DNA of 64,000 nucleotides from Antedon mediterranea. Taxonomy: Eukaryota > Animalia > Echinodermata. Below, in pieces: positions 1 to 12,495 of the stretch; position 1 is the first letter of the stretch; each line of letters starts with the position of its first letter. A program made the translations under genes and the position numbers. The stretch lies in the NCBI RefSeq assembly GCF_964355755.1, contig NC_092674.1, positions 17,856,001 through 17,920,000 of the forward strand, read 5' to 3'. The notes under the pieces were generated by a model that saw only the letters and a list, made by a program, of their open reading frames with translations, had not been told where the DNA came from and did not search any database.

Positions 1-790
1 AATGACTCCCATTGGTACATGCTTTGCAGGTTTGACCTTACCCTTTCTTGTAATGAACAACGCATCATCACACAATGACCTAACCCGGCGCATAGTTTGC
101 TGTGTACAATTCTTATGATTTTGTCCAGAGTATAACATGGTGAAGAATGTAGAAAGCAAAGATGGGGGTTGTGCATCTCCTTCTTTTAGATCATCCAAAG
201 TAGGTCTTTCAGGCAAATCCTTCTTTGGAACATTGAGTACATTCTTTCTGAGTAGGAGTGCTGCTCTGGTTACAATACGTTTATCATCAGAGGCATAGTC
301 ATAAGCAATGCTTACTGCATCATCGACTATTTCAAAATTGTACATGATCAATCCTAATTTTTTGGAATTTAAGCTTGACCCCAAAGGTTTTTGACAAATT
401 TCGCATTAGGCTTTGTGCACTACTGGGCGGTGTTTCTGAGGAAATTCCACACAAGTCCAAATACCTAGTATATACAGATGTAAGAAGTTCAGGCCTTTTA
501 TTGCCTATGACTGACTGTTCAACATATGCGTGAATGTCAAGAATTACGGATGAATTGGTCTTGTTAGAAATCTCAATTCTTTCCTTGGCACGATCTTTTA
601 CTCTTGCGGCAGGCATCAGGTACGCACTTTTGCACGAATGATGATATTTTACTTCTTTTGCAACAAAATCAATACCACTGATTTTTTTCAAAATATTTGT
701 ATCATTTAACATCAAAGCTGCTTCCTGAATGCTTTGGCTAGCTTCGATTGTTACGCAAGCACCAGCAACCTCATGTGAACCTTTTCAAAC
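1..790 (-). mobile_element. Degenerate DNA-transposase fragment, Academ-like (runs off window start)
   Basis: ORF 332..715 has DFVAKEVKYHHSC. Minus strand 1-90 reads RRVRSLCDDALFITRKGKVKPAKHVPMGVI. I recognise these motifs from large invertebrate Academ-type transposases. Frame is broken and the fragment is cut by a LINE tail near 826. Confidence 0.5.
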
Positions 791-825
791 AGTTTTGTGA
801 AAATATTCCCGATGTGGGTGGTTCT

Positions 826-2270
826 TTTATTTATTTATTTTTTTTTTTTGGTTCATCAAAACCAACAGCAACGAAAGTTGCCACTTAAAGGTATGAAACA
901 GAAAACAGATACAACTAGAGGGTACTCCGAGAGTACAAACCTCCGCCTACTGTAAAATTCTCCTACATAAAATGTCGCCGGAAAATAAATATATATCTAT
1001 TTTTTTTTTTTAATTGGGTCTAAGTGTAAATAGGCTAACTGCACACACACGCAAACACAAACATACATGGGTGAAAATATAACCTCCTTGGCGGAGGTAA
1101 TAAATACTCTATATATGAAGCAAACTTAAATAAATAAAGAAAATAGTAAAAATTAGTCTATTGAGCACGATTATTTAAAAAAAGAATACAATGAGTCTTG
1201 AATGAAGAATAACTATTGAGAAAAATATCAACATTTACATTAGATTCACTTAAATAGTTATACAAAGAAGGCAAACGTGTCTGAAACCCCTTTACAAGAC
1301 ATTTACTCTATTAAACGGAACATAAAAAGTGGACTTGACTCTAGTTTTACGAGAAGGAGCATGTAAACTAAAAAGAGACTAACAGTCACAACTAAACAAA
1401 CAATTTACACTCTTATAAAAAAACATTAAATCAGACACACTTCTTCTAAACTTAAGAGGTTCAAGACAATTGACAACATCAAAACGTTTACAAAGAAACC
1501 TAACAAACTTATTTTGAACACTTTGGAGCTTTGTAGCATGATTATCAGAAATTGAATTAAAAATAACAGAGAATAATTCTAAATTAGGTCTAACAAGCGT
1601 TTTAAACAAATTAACAAGGGGTTAAGGGTAGCTAATTTCCCTACAGTGCCTCCAAATGAAGCCAACCATTCTATTACTCTTACTAACAATGTGGTCAATA
1701 TGTTTGGAAAATAAAAGTTTGGAATCGAAGAATATTCCCAGATCCTTATGGTATTGGACTTTGTCCAAGTTCTGATTATTAATTTGATAAATGGGTTTTG
1801 ATTTAAGTCATTGACTTACATTTGGAGGCATTGAGTTTCATACCCCAAGAATTAGATCACTGCAATAGATGAGACCATCCAAATCCTCATGAAGTAATAC
1901 TGCATCGTCGTTAGAAGAAATAATACGATATAATTTGATATCATCCGCAAATAAAAGAAACTTGGAAAATTTAGGAATTGTGGTAAAAAATGTTAAATAA
2001 TAAAGGACCCAACACTGAGCCCTGTTTAACACCTGAAAGAATAGGTAACCAATTTGACAATTGACCCTCAACAAGAAGTCTCTGCTGCCTTCCACTCACG
2101 TAAGATGATATTAGCTGGTGTAGTTTGCCAATTATACAAAATCTGTTCAACTTGTAGAGAAGGAACTCATGTGACACCCAGTCAAAAGCATATGAGAAAT
2201 CTGTAAAAACAACATTGCTGTTTGTTGTCTCTAGAAATATACGCTGTGCTTAATAAAGTAGCCAGATTAG
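826..2270 (-). mobile_element. L2-group LINE, 3' part (RT C-terminal half, 3'UTR, A-rich tail)
   Basis: Fragments SGVKQGSVLGPLLF, LFADDIKLY, FKTLVRPNLE. 3' end motif (ccaacagc...gccact + T-rich tail on +) is shared with 25124-25195 and 34040-34104. Confidence 0.85.
914..1101 (-). mobile_element. Small Helentron-type non-autonomous element (HINE) in the LINE 3'UTR
   Basis: On minus: 5' ATTACCTCCGCCAAGGAGGT hairpin; 3' sub-TIR GGCGGAGGT, hairpin GTACTCTCGGAGTAC, then CTAG-T. A related 5' end occurs at 34611. Confidence 0.7.
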
Positions 2271-2914
2271 TGTAATATAACGATATACTTTTATATTTAA
2301 GAAATCGACCTTTGTATCGGAATTCAAATAAGTTCACAAACTTGACCCAGAAAGTCCAGAGGAGAGTTTGTCCAGATGTTTTAATGACCATTTAGTTTAT
2401 AATAGAATCCCTAAAGAAAACACTTAGCTTAATTTTGTGACTGTTCCCATCGTAAAACAATTAGATATTGACAGTTTTTAGCAGAGATTTGACAGGGCCA
2501 ATTCATCATTGTAACCTCCCCAGATAAGATCATCACTCCCACTTAAACACCCCTGGATCAACTTAGGACCAATCGTTACCCTCACAGATTACGTAGTGAC
2601 ATATGCAAATGAACCGAGGGCCAATATACTCCCAAGTTTCAGAAGAGCCCAGACACACCTTACAGCCACTTCTTCAGAAGAACATCTACACCTTACAGCC
2701 ACTTCACGGAGCACACACCTCACAGCCACTTCTTCAGAAGCAGACCTACACACTTCACACCTCACCGACAGCATCATTGATCCTCCGTTCCTTATCTATA
2801 CTTATAGTTGTATATTGTACTGAAGTATTATACTGAATAAACAATATATGTGTTACGACAGTCAAGCGAGTCAGAGTCTTCATTAGTACCTCAACAACGC
2901 AACATTATATTACA
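2271..2914 (+). repeat. 5' LTR (644 bp)
   Basis: TGTAATATAA...TTATATTACA perfect 10-bp terminal IR. Followed by PBS-like TGGTGG at 2915. AATAAA near 2837. Confidence 0.97.
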
Positions 2915-3044
2915 TGGTGGAAGACCCAAATTTCATAAGGAACAGAGTGAGAAAACAAGAAATAAACACTTAACAAGACACGAAGACGAAGACAAAAATA
3001 ACCATATTTGTTTGAAAGGAGAAAACCAGAAATTTACTTTGACT

Positions 3045-3250
3045 CAAAAGACAAGCTGAAATTATATTTGAATGAGATCGAGACAAGCAGAAATTTTATC
3101 AAATTATTACCATTGGATGAAGACAAAGAAGATAATCGAGGAAGACACAAAAGACAAGCTGAAATTATATTTGAATGAGATCGAGACAAGCAGAAATTTT
3201 ATCAAATTATAACCATTGGATAAAGACAAAGAAGATAATCGAGGAAGACC
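3045..3250 (+). repeat. 103-bp tandem duplication in Gypsy 5' leader
   Basis: caaaagacaagctgaaattatatttgaatgagatcgag... starts at 3045 and again at 3148, nearly identical. Confidence 0.9.
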
Positions 3251-3637
3251 CAAGAAGAATCAAAACAGAAGCAAGCGGACAAGAACTGTTTCGTTTGGAC
3301 ACTTTCAACTTCACGCCGTTTTTTTTTCCGATCGTTTTTTTAACATTTACTTTTTTTGAACATTTATGAACACCTTTCGCATTTTTTTTTTTAATTCGTT
3401 GTTTGAAAATTTGAACATTGATGAACACTTTTAACATTTTTTTAATTCGTTGTTTGAACATTTAAACATTTTTGAACACTTTTTGCATTCCTTTAATTCA
3501 TTTTTAATTGGATCCGAAGCATTTGGGGTAAGTCAAAACCATTTTGATTTTTGATTTGTAACCTTGATTGAAAAGTGAGAGTTTACATATATATACACTA
3601 AATTGTTTTTGATATTTTGATTAATTAATTATAAAGT

Positions 3638-4572
3638 ATGGTCGACATTGTTGATAACGAAGTAATTTTAAATGAGCCCGTCAATCCTCACCCCGTGCCC
3701 CACCTAAGACAAACCGATTTCCTTCCCAAAAGATATGACGGTTCCATAACCGATCACGACCAATGTAGTGCACACTACTTATCGTTTACCGACTACCTTG
3801 AGGCCCACACTTTAGAAAACCCTGTAAACAATGCCCAATTAATTAATGTAATAAGTATTTTCAAACGTAGCCTTCAGGGCCAAGCTAGACTCTGGATTGA
3901 GGGAAAGCAGTTCGATTCACTGGAATCCTGAAAAACCCAATTCATCAACAGGTTTAGTAAAAACAAATCAATCTATGCGCACATAAGAGAATACGATTCA
4001 ATTACTTACACCACTGGCGACAACGCCGAAAAACACTTAACCAAAATCAAACAAGCCGCTGACCAGCAGATAAAGAATAAATTTATTTCGACCCTTCCAC
4101 CAAAATGTAGAGCAGCTGTAGCCATGTCCACCCCAATCGATGCCACTATTGAAAATATCGTAAATAGCACACAAAATTACCTTGACCTTTCCGTAGATGA
4201 TGCCACACGGGAAGTTTCATTCAACATCAATAAGGAAACAGATACTAGTCTCGAATCGCTCCAACATGAGATAAATTCTCTTAAGTTAGATATGGCCACA
4301 ACAAAACGATCCCTTAATGATGATACTCGACGCTCACGTTCCCCCACCCGAAATTATACCCCAAGACGAAACCGAAGCCCAAGCCCCTACAAACCCCGAT
4401 TCCAGACCCCACCGACCCCAAGATATAGACAACCTCCCCCAACCTGTTATTACTGCGGGAAACCAGGCCACATAGCAAGGCACTGCCGACATCAAAACCG
4501 TTAAATTATCCCCCGCCATACCCATACCAACAGTCAAACAATTATTACCCTAGCCACCAGCAGGATTTTTAA
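3638..4572 (+). pseudogene. gag: Gypsy gag (capsid + CCHC knuckle), disrupted
   Basis: In-frame TGA at 3929 between ORFs 3638 and 4124 (same frame). CYYCGKPGHIARHC knuckle. Apparent 1-nt lesion near 4502; natural end looks like ...HQQDF* at 4570-4572. Confidence 0.85.
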
Positions 4573-4606
4573 AAAGGGGACTAGATGCCACCTATAATCT
4601 GGCCCC
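4563..4606 (+). promoter_or_regulatory. Putative -1 ribosomal frameshift signal (gag-pol)
   Basis: G GAT TTT at 4563-4569, then TAA, 6-nt spacer, hairpin GGGG(A)CTAGAT / ATCTGGCCCC (4576-4606). The pol frame is exactly -1. Confidence 0.75.
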
Positions 4607-7600
4607 CCATACTAAATACGACAATTTTAAGGCAAAATACTTAGGGAATTCAGATAATATTGATTTGTTACTTAACGACAGAAATTACGTTAAAGGAAAT
4701 TTACCAGATGGTAGAAATGTTTTAACTTTATTTGACAGTGGTTCAACTAGAACTATAATCTCACAATCGTACGTTAATTCCTCACTTTATTTATCGCGTC
4801 TAAAGCCAATTAAAGTGAACACAACTAAATTTCGATTAGGTAACGGTGACTTCTTATATGCCAACCACTTAGTGCAATTCGAATTATTTATCCAAGGACA
4901 CAAATTTAAAATTTCAGCATTAATCGTTAAAAATTTGACAGGTATTGACCTGATACTTGGAACCGAAACATTGTCTGAACTTGACGGTACTTTAAATTTT
5001 AAGGAAAACACCTTTCGCATTAGACCAAAGATTTTTAGCTTTCGTCCTGTCCACAAGATTTTTCTTAAACCCGGTGATACTAAAACAGTTAAATTAAAAG
5101 GAAGGGTTCCCGCCTTTGTACGCAATTCTGATGTTGTTCTACATGCAACCACCCATATTTCAAAACTTTGTCCATCAGATATGTTAGTAAAATTACACAG
5201 AGGAGAAACCAACATTGATATCACTAACAACACAAACAGAAACGTATCTCTAAATACACATCAACCTATCGCGAGCCTTCACTTAACCAACCTTGTAACA
5301 GTTACTAACGACCTACCAATTGATAGAATAAAGTTGACCAATGACAACGCAAACAAGTACCCACATTTAGAACATACAGACCCATTGCTATCTTTAACCG
5401 AGGAAGAAATAATCAGAAAACAAGTTGATTTAACAGACAGCGTTTTAACACATAGAGAAAAAGAAGATTTGTATAAAACATTACAACAAAACAGAAACGC
5501 ATTTTCACTATATGGTGAACTATCTAGCTGCCCAAACTTCAAAGCTGACATACACCTCTCTAATGATGAACCATTTTTTATTCGACCATACTTCGCGACA
5601 GACAAAGACAAACATGTTATTGAGGCCGAATTGAACAAATTAGTCAAACTAGGAATCTTAGCAGTAGGACACCAATCGTATACTTCCCCTGTCCTTCTTG
5701 TTTCAAAGAAAAATTCAAAAGATAAAAGTGTTGTCACAGACTTTCGCTATCTAAATTCCAGGATAAAACGTATTAATCACCCATTCCCATTATTGGCCGA
5801 AACTTTGAAAACAATAGGTAACGCTAATGCACAGATTCTTAGCGTAATTGATTTTGAAATCAGCGTTCCACTGTGTACCATTAGCCGAACATGCCCAACA
5901 ATATACAGGTATAGCTTCATATCATGGTGGAAAACATTATTATTATAAGAGATTAGCACAAGGATTAAACGTTTCGCCAGGTATATTTCAAGCAAAGATT
6001 GACGAAATTTTAAATGAAATCCCAAATTCTAGAGAATTCTATATCGCCCATCATGATGATATTATTTTATTTAGCCAAGACAAATTTGCTCATAAGCAGC
6101 ACCTCGTTTCCGTTTTACAAGCCCTACAATTAAATGGTTTTAGAATTTGTCCAAAGAAATGTAAGTTATTCAAGAATAAAGTGCAATATATGGGACACAC
6201 CATCCTGATTAATTCTTCAGGACACGCATGTATCACACCATTAGGCGACAGGTGTGCAGCTATCCGAAATTTGCCAGTCCCACGAACCCATAAAGAAACT
6301 AAACGATTTATTGGTGCAGTAAATTATGTATCCCATTTTTTCCCTCAAATACAATCAATTTTACGTCCGTTACACACACTCGCAAGTAAACGCCGAAAAT
6401 TTGTTTGGTCTACTGACCACCAGAAAGCATTTGACGAAATTAAACAATTAATGGTTAAACCACCAACTCTTCAAATGCCTAGAAAAGAAGGTAGATTTAC
6501 GCTATATAGCGACACTTCAAGAACCGCAACAGGTTCATATTTAACACAAACAGTAAACGGTAAAGAACACATAATAGGTTATTATTCCAAAATCTTACCA
6601 CAAGCCTGTCAACGATATAGCGTCACAGAATTAGAGTTATTTGGACTTTACATTAACGTTTCAGCATTTCGACATTTACTAAAGGGTTGCGAATTTGATG
6701 CATTCGTAGACCACTCAGCAATTGTACAAATTTGGAATTCAAAAGATCAGCCATGTACACCCCGTTTACAGAAACTAATATTACGATTGTCCGGATACAT
6801 TTTCCAAATTGGTTATAAGAAAGGAACTGAATTAGTTTTAGCAGATTTCCTCTCCCGAGCCCCTCGTGACGACGATTCCGAAATTGATCAAGTTGTACCC
6901 ATTGCATTTAATATTACAGAGACTGAATCTCTTAACCCGATTACAAACACATCTACTTGCAGACCAGTAACAAGGTCATACGCCAAGAAAATGGGAATAA
7001 ATATACCTGACCTACATAAACCCAAACCCAAACAAACGCCTGTCATTAATCAAAACCCAGTGACAACAAACACGCGACCTACACCTCAACCTACCGCTAC
7101 ACCACAAATAATCACGAGACAACAAACAAACGCACATCGATCACCGCCCATCACAACGCCACCCATCGTAACGCCACCCCCAATACGTAATGTAAACATT
7201 CGACAACCTCCAGAGGAACGACTAGTAGACAAAAATAAGCAAAGCAAAGACACTACACATCGAAATGTACCAGTTGAATTGTATACATCGCCCAAACCAC
7301 TAGTACCCAACATAACTGAATTTAAATCGGCACACATCCCAAAACAACAAGACTTAGATAGATTAATGGATGTTATTCAAAGAAAGATAATTAGAGATTA
7401 TAACCTCCCAGTAGATGTTAAACAATTACGTGTTGAACAAGAAACTTCACCATTTTTTAAGCCAGTTTACGATTATTTAGCTCATGATATCCTTCCAGCT
7501 GATAAGAAAGCAGCTCGTGCAGTTCAGAATAAGTCAGAGCAGTACATATTGTGCAACGGTTTACTATTCCGTTTATTTTTCCAAGATAAAGGTGGAGAAT

Positions 7601-9281
7601 TTGTATTGCAATTAGCTGTTCCTGAAAACTTAGCAGAGACCGTTATTTCTCAGTATCACGACAATTTGTTAAGTAGCCACCAAGGTACGATGCGTACTTA
7701 CCTTACTATTAGGAAATTATTTTACATGCCTCTTATGTTCGAAAAAGTCAACAATTATACCCAAGCGTGTCTTAGATGTCAACAATTTCGTCCCAAAACC
7801 GATAAATTACGTCCTTTACACGATCGAGTACCAGCAACGTACCGTCCCTTTCATACACTCAGTCTAGATTTTAAGAGTATGCCAACTTCACCTTCAGGTT
7901 TTAAACATATTATGGTAGTATGTGATGAGATAACTAGATTTTTGATTTGTGTACCTTTGAAATCCATTGATGCCGAAACAATTTGTGAAGCACTAATTCA
8001 AAAGGTCATCAGTATTTTTGGACCCCCATCTCGTCTTATTTCAGATGCAGCAACCTCCCTTACAGGAAAATTATTAACACTATTATGTAACACCCTTAAT
8101 ATTGATAGGAAAATCATCAGCGTCCACAATCACGGTAGTTTACAAGTTGAACGTCATATCCGCACCGTATCGGACCTGTTAAAGGTCAACCTTAACCAAT
8201 TCGGAACAGATTGGGTTAGATTTGTATCAACAACATGTTATGCTTATAACTCGTTTTCATCCCCACATCTAGGAAACCACTCCCCTTACGAATTAGTTTT
8301 TGGCCGCCAACCTCCAAGTTTGACCTCATTAGCCTTTAACCCTATTTCAGGATTGTCTCATTCCTATGAAGAATACTTTGAACACCTCAAGAAGAAATTT
8401 CAAAACATTTCACAGACAATGCTACAATTACAGCGAACACAACAAAACGTCCAAAACTCAAAAATTTCCCAACGCTTAGAAAAAAGTCCAATTTACTCAG
8501 TAGGACAACTCGTATATTTATACAAGCCAACATCATCATCACTAACGGCAAATTCAAAGAAAATCGCCGCAGAATGGGTCGGACCATTAGTGTTTCATGA
8601 AGTACTAGACAGAACACACTACATCCTAGCGACGATTAAAGGAGAAATACTTCGCGACGTATTCAATTATAACAGACTGAAACCCTGTTTTATGAGAACG
8701 CCTAAAGAACGCAAAAATTTTACACATCTACAAAAACTTAAACAATTGTTGAATGAACCCACCGATGACAATAACGAGAAAATCCAAAACACCATTAATG
8801 TAGTAAATGACGAAACCAATGTCGAATTTGTAGACGAACATGATAGGACACCAGCCCAATTGCAATCAGATACCCTTACACATCCAACTAAAGTAGAGAA
8901 CCCCTTAACTTGCAACCTTACATTAACTGTGTAGAGAATAACATGGGATTAGCAGCCCCATTCCAAATGAAAGAAGAACAAATCAAGGAACAAACTAATC
9001 TAATTATGACAGCACCTAATGATTCAAATATGACATTAAACCGAGGTAGATTTAAAGCAGGACATTTCCAAGTTTTAGTTTCGTATTCTAAACCGACTTC
9101 AGCCAAACGCAACACCGATAAAACAAAACACGAATCTAATGATCGCAAATTTTGGTGGAATATTGACAGATATAACGATACAGATAAATTAATTAAAAAG
9201 ATCATTAATGATAAACAGATACCGATAAGTGGATCGCCAAAACAATTCATAAAACGTTTGTATAATGCAACGAATTACTGA
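4569..9281 (+). pseudogene. pol: Gypsy pol (protease, RT, RNase H, integrase, C-terminal extension), two frameshifts
   Basis: LFDSGS protease. IDLKSAF split by an extra T near 5855. HHDD. YSDTS..ELE..VDH RNase H. HHCC plus D,D,E integrase. ORF 8910..9281 continues in the -1 frame. Confidence 0.92.
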
Positions 9282-10182
9282 TATAATTTTTTTTGCAAGA
9301 TTATTTTTAAATTACGCTAAATTTGCTAAATTAATAATAGCATAGTCTACGTATTTGATGAGATTTGTTTAGTAACGATGTGATTTCAGTTAAAAAAGAA
9401 TTGAATTTATGTTTAAGTATTGATTTTTTAACGAGTTTTTTGATAAAAGATTAATTTTGAATTTTGATGATCGATATATTGAGATATTGAAAAGAACGAC
9501 AATCATTTTGTAACAAATATTTTGTTTAACCTTTGAGTCGTTAATCTCAAGCATTAATTAATTGATATACAATAACAGGAGATTTTCTTAGTACTTTTAA
9601 TTGTAATTTTTTTTGACATTGAGTACAAAAGTCGAATTTGTCGACTGATTGAAATCGTAACTACCTGTGAATATAAATGCTTAAATCGATAAAGTTGTGA
9701 TGATAACGATATATTGTGGATAAGTTTGTGTCAACGGGACACACACATTTGTTTCTTTTAAAGTTTTAAGTGATTAAGTTTGATATTTTGATTTTAGGCT
9801 AATCAGCCACAGTTTCTTGAGTTTTATGTTTTGATTTTATAATTTATGTTTGAAGGCCATTAGAACGCGATGAGTTGTCGCACGATTTGACGTATGTTCA
9901 ATGTAACATACTATTTTTAAGTTTTGTATTTTTATTTTTAACTGATTTATGTTTGATTTACGCGAATTTTATACCAAATTCATTTTTATTAAGAGAGAGA
10001 AGAGAGAGAGTGAAAGTGATAAGGTTACACATCAGAGTCAATGGTTTTGGCTAACCCAATTTTTGCTTATATGTATAATAATGTTTTTTTTCTTTTATAT
10101 AACTTTAATTTTGCATGCCACTATTATAACCATTTTTATATTTAAAATAGATTAGAAGAAAAAAAACAGGGAAACAGAGGGA

Positions 10183-10827
10183 TGTAATATAACGATATAC
10201 TTTTATATTTAAGAAATCGACCTTTGTATCGGAATTCAAATAGGTTCACAAACTTGACCCAGAAAGTCCAGAGGAGAGTTTGTCCAGATGTTTTAATGAC
10301 CATTTAGTTTATAATAGAATCCCTAAAGAAAACACTTAGCTTAATTTTGTGACTGTTCCCATCGTAAAACAATTAGATATTGACAGTTTTTAGCAGAGAT
10401 TCGACAGGGCCAATTCATCATTGTAACCTCCCCAGATAAGATCAATCACTCCCACTTAAACACCCCTGGATCAACTTAGGACCAATCGTTACCCTCACAG
10501 ATTACGTAGTGACATATGCAAATGAACCGAGGGCCAATATACTCCCAAGTTTCAGAAGAGCCCAGACACACCTCACAGCCACTTCTTCAGAAGAACATCT
10601 ACACCTTACAGCCACTTCACGGAGCACACACCTCACAGCCACTTCTTCAGAAGCAGACCTACACACTTCACACCTCACCGACAGCATCATTGATCCTCCG
10701 TTCCTTATCTATACTTATAGTTGTATATTGTACTGAAGTATTATACTGAATAAACAATATATGTGTTACGACAGTCAAGCGAGTCAGAGTCTTCATTAGT
10801 ACCTCAACAACGCAACATTATATTACA
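10183..10827 (+). repeat. 3' LTR (645 bp)
   Basis: About 3 substitutions and 1 indel versus the 5' LTR, counted by eye. Purine-rich PPT immediately upstream (10154-10182). Confidence 0.97.
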
Positions 10828-12442
10828 TTAGTTTGGCATGATCTCCCCAGAGTAAAGCCGTGTTGAGATTCACTCAAAAGGGAGAAACATGCTGAGATAT
10901 ATGATTATAAATCATTATCTCAAATACTTTGGAAATAGTACAAAGGAGTGATACGCATGGTGTGTAGTTCTTTACATTATTCCGAGCACCTCCTTTGAAT
11001 ATTGGGCAAATGTTGGCCGTTTTCCATATATCTGGAAAAGTTTCCTCCACAAGTGAACGATCAAAAATCATCTTACATGGAAGTGAAAGTGAGGATGCCC
11101 CGGTGACAAGAAGAGTGTTACTTACACCATCTGGGCCAGAGGCCTTGCGAGGGTCAATTGTCTTAAGCTCCCTTTCAATCTCCGCCCGCGTAAAAGATAT
11201 AAATGATAATTGATCTGCAGTATACTCGTACTTTAATCTAGACTTTTTTTTTAAATTACTTCTTGCCATCCTAAAATTTTCTATATAAAGCCTATTCCCC
11301 CTTTTCTTTTTTATTCTGAAATAACTCTCTTTTGTTTTGAGCATAGTGTAAATCATGATCATACCATGGGGGAAATTTTCGCTTGGGGCGACTCACAGAC
11401 TTTAATGGCACATTCAACTAACGAATAAAACATCTGTAGCATCATTCACATCTAAAATTAACATCAAAATTAAGAATGTCCCAAGGAACATATTAATAGG
11501 AAAGAGTTGTATTGAAATCATTCACATTTAGTTTTTTTAAATTGTACATTATTCTCGAACTATTGCAACTATTTCTATGATTCTGATTGTTTAAAATGGG
11601 GAAATCGATACTTAAAGAACTATGATCAGAATCAAATATATTAAGGTCCGTTGTTACATTATTGCACAAATTATTGTTTGATAAAACAAGATCAAGAACA
11701 TGATCAGAACAAGTAGGAAAAAATTTCATTAAAACAGATGACAAGAATTCAAAACAGTGTCAATAAAAAGTTGACCTTTGGAATTGTTAGATGCATGACA
11801 TTGTAAAACATCCTTATTCCATATAATTACATGTAAGTTAAAGTCTCCAAGGAGAATAACGTCATGTGTACGAGATTCAAACTTGTATTGCATGTTTTCA
11901 ATGGCTTTAGAGATGTTAACAATCGAGTTGAAACCTTCAGATGGTGGTCTATAGTAAACACCAATTATCACATTCTTACCAGGAAGCTTCACCTTTACCC
12001 ATAGAAGTTCCTGCTGGTCATCTTCAAGCTCAAACACTCGCATGGATTGATACACATTCCTAACCAGAAGCAAAACACCTCCACCACGCTTTCCACTTGC
12101 ACGATCCCTTCTAAAAAGCGTGAAATCTGCAAGTGTAACCTCAGCGTCCAGCACATTATCGTTGAGCCATGTCTCAGATGACGTCAACATATCTTAGTAA
12201 AGTATGGCTATATAATTCAGTGTGGAAGGTTTCCATTTTATTTTTCAGACTTCTTAAATTCTGATAGTAGATGGATAATGATTTGGTGCGATTACTAAGA
12301 GTTGAATCATTACGGGTACCAGTACTATATGGCTATGTTGATCAGGTGGTCCCGGATTAATTTCTATGTCACCACATTCCACAAGTGATTTCACATTGAA
12401 TGCCTTAATATCATTACTGTAATATTGCACTTCAGAGATATT
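10828..12442 (-). mobile_element. L2-group LINE, 5' part (2A motif, APE endonuclease, RT N-terminus)
   Basis: IYYQNLRSLKNK, SETWL, GGGV, YYRPP, LGDFN, LDLVL, SDH (APE); KASGPDG, WKTANICPIFK (RT). Continuous with 826-2270 across the TTAG TSD. Confidence 0.9.
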
Positions 12443-12495
12443 TCACATTTTCATCTATAAGCTACATAATATAATTTTTACATTTATTTTCAAAG

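Larger units (their letters stand above)
2271..10827 (+). mobile_element. Full-length young Ty3/Gypsy LTR retrotransposon, no env
   Basis: Two LTRs, 4-bp TSD TTAG (2267-2270, 10828-10831). Removing the element restores the host LINE RT peptide QHGFTLGRSCQTNLATLL. Domain order gag-PR-RT-RH-IN. Confidence 0.97.

Noticed and set aside
2589-2836. Short repetitive ORFs and a CRISPR-like repeat/spacer look in both LTRs
   Set aside because: They arise from the LTR-internal 17-bp repeat. Spacers are short and similar to each other, the context is eukaryotic and there are no cas genes.
4787-8915. Several antisense ORFs over pol (likewise 57979-61490)
   Set aside because: Expected shadows of a long coding frame; no motifs.
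9282-10182. Possible env gene
   Set aside because: T-rich with many stops; no long ORF or signal/TM architecture.
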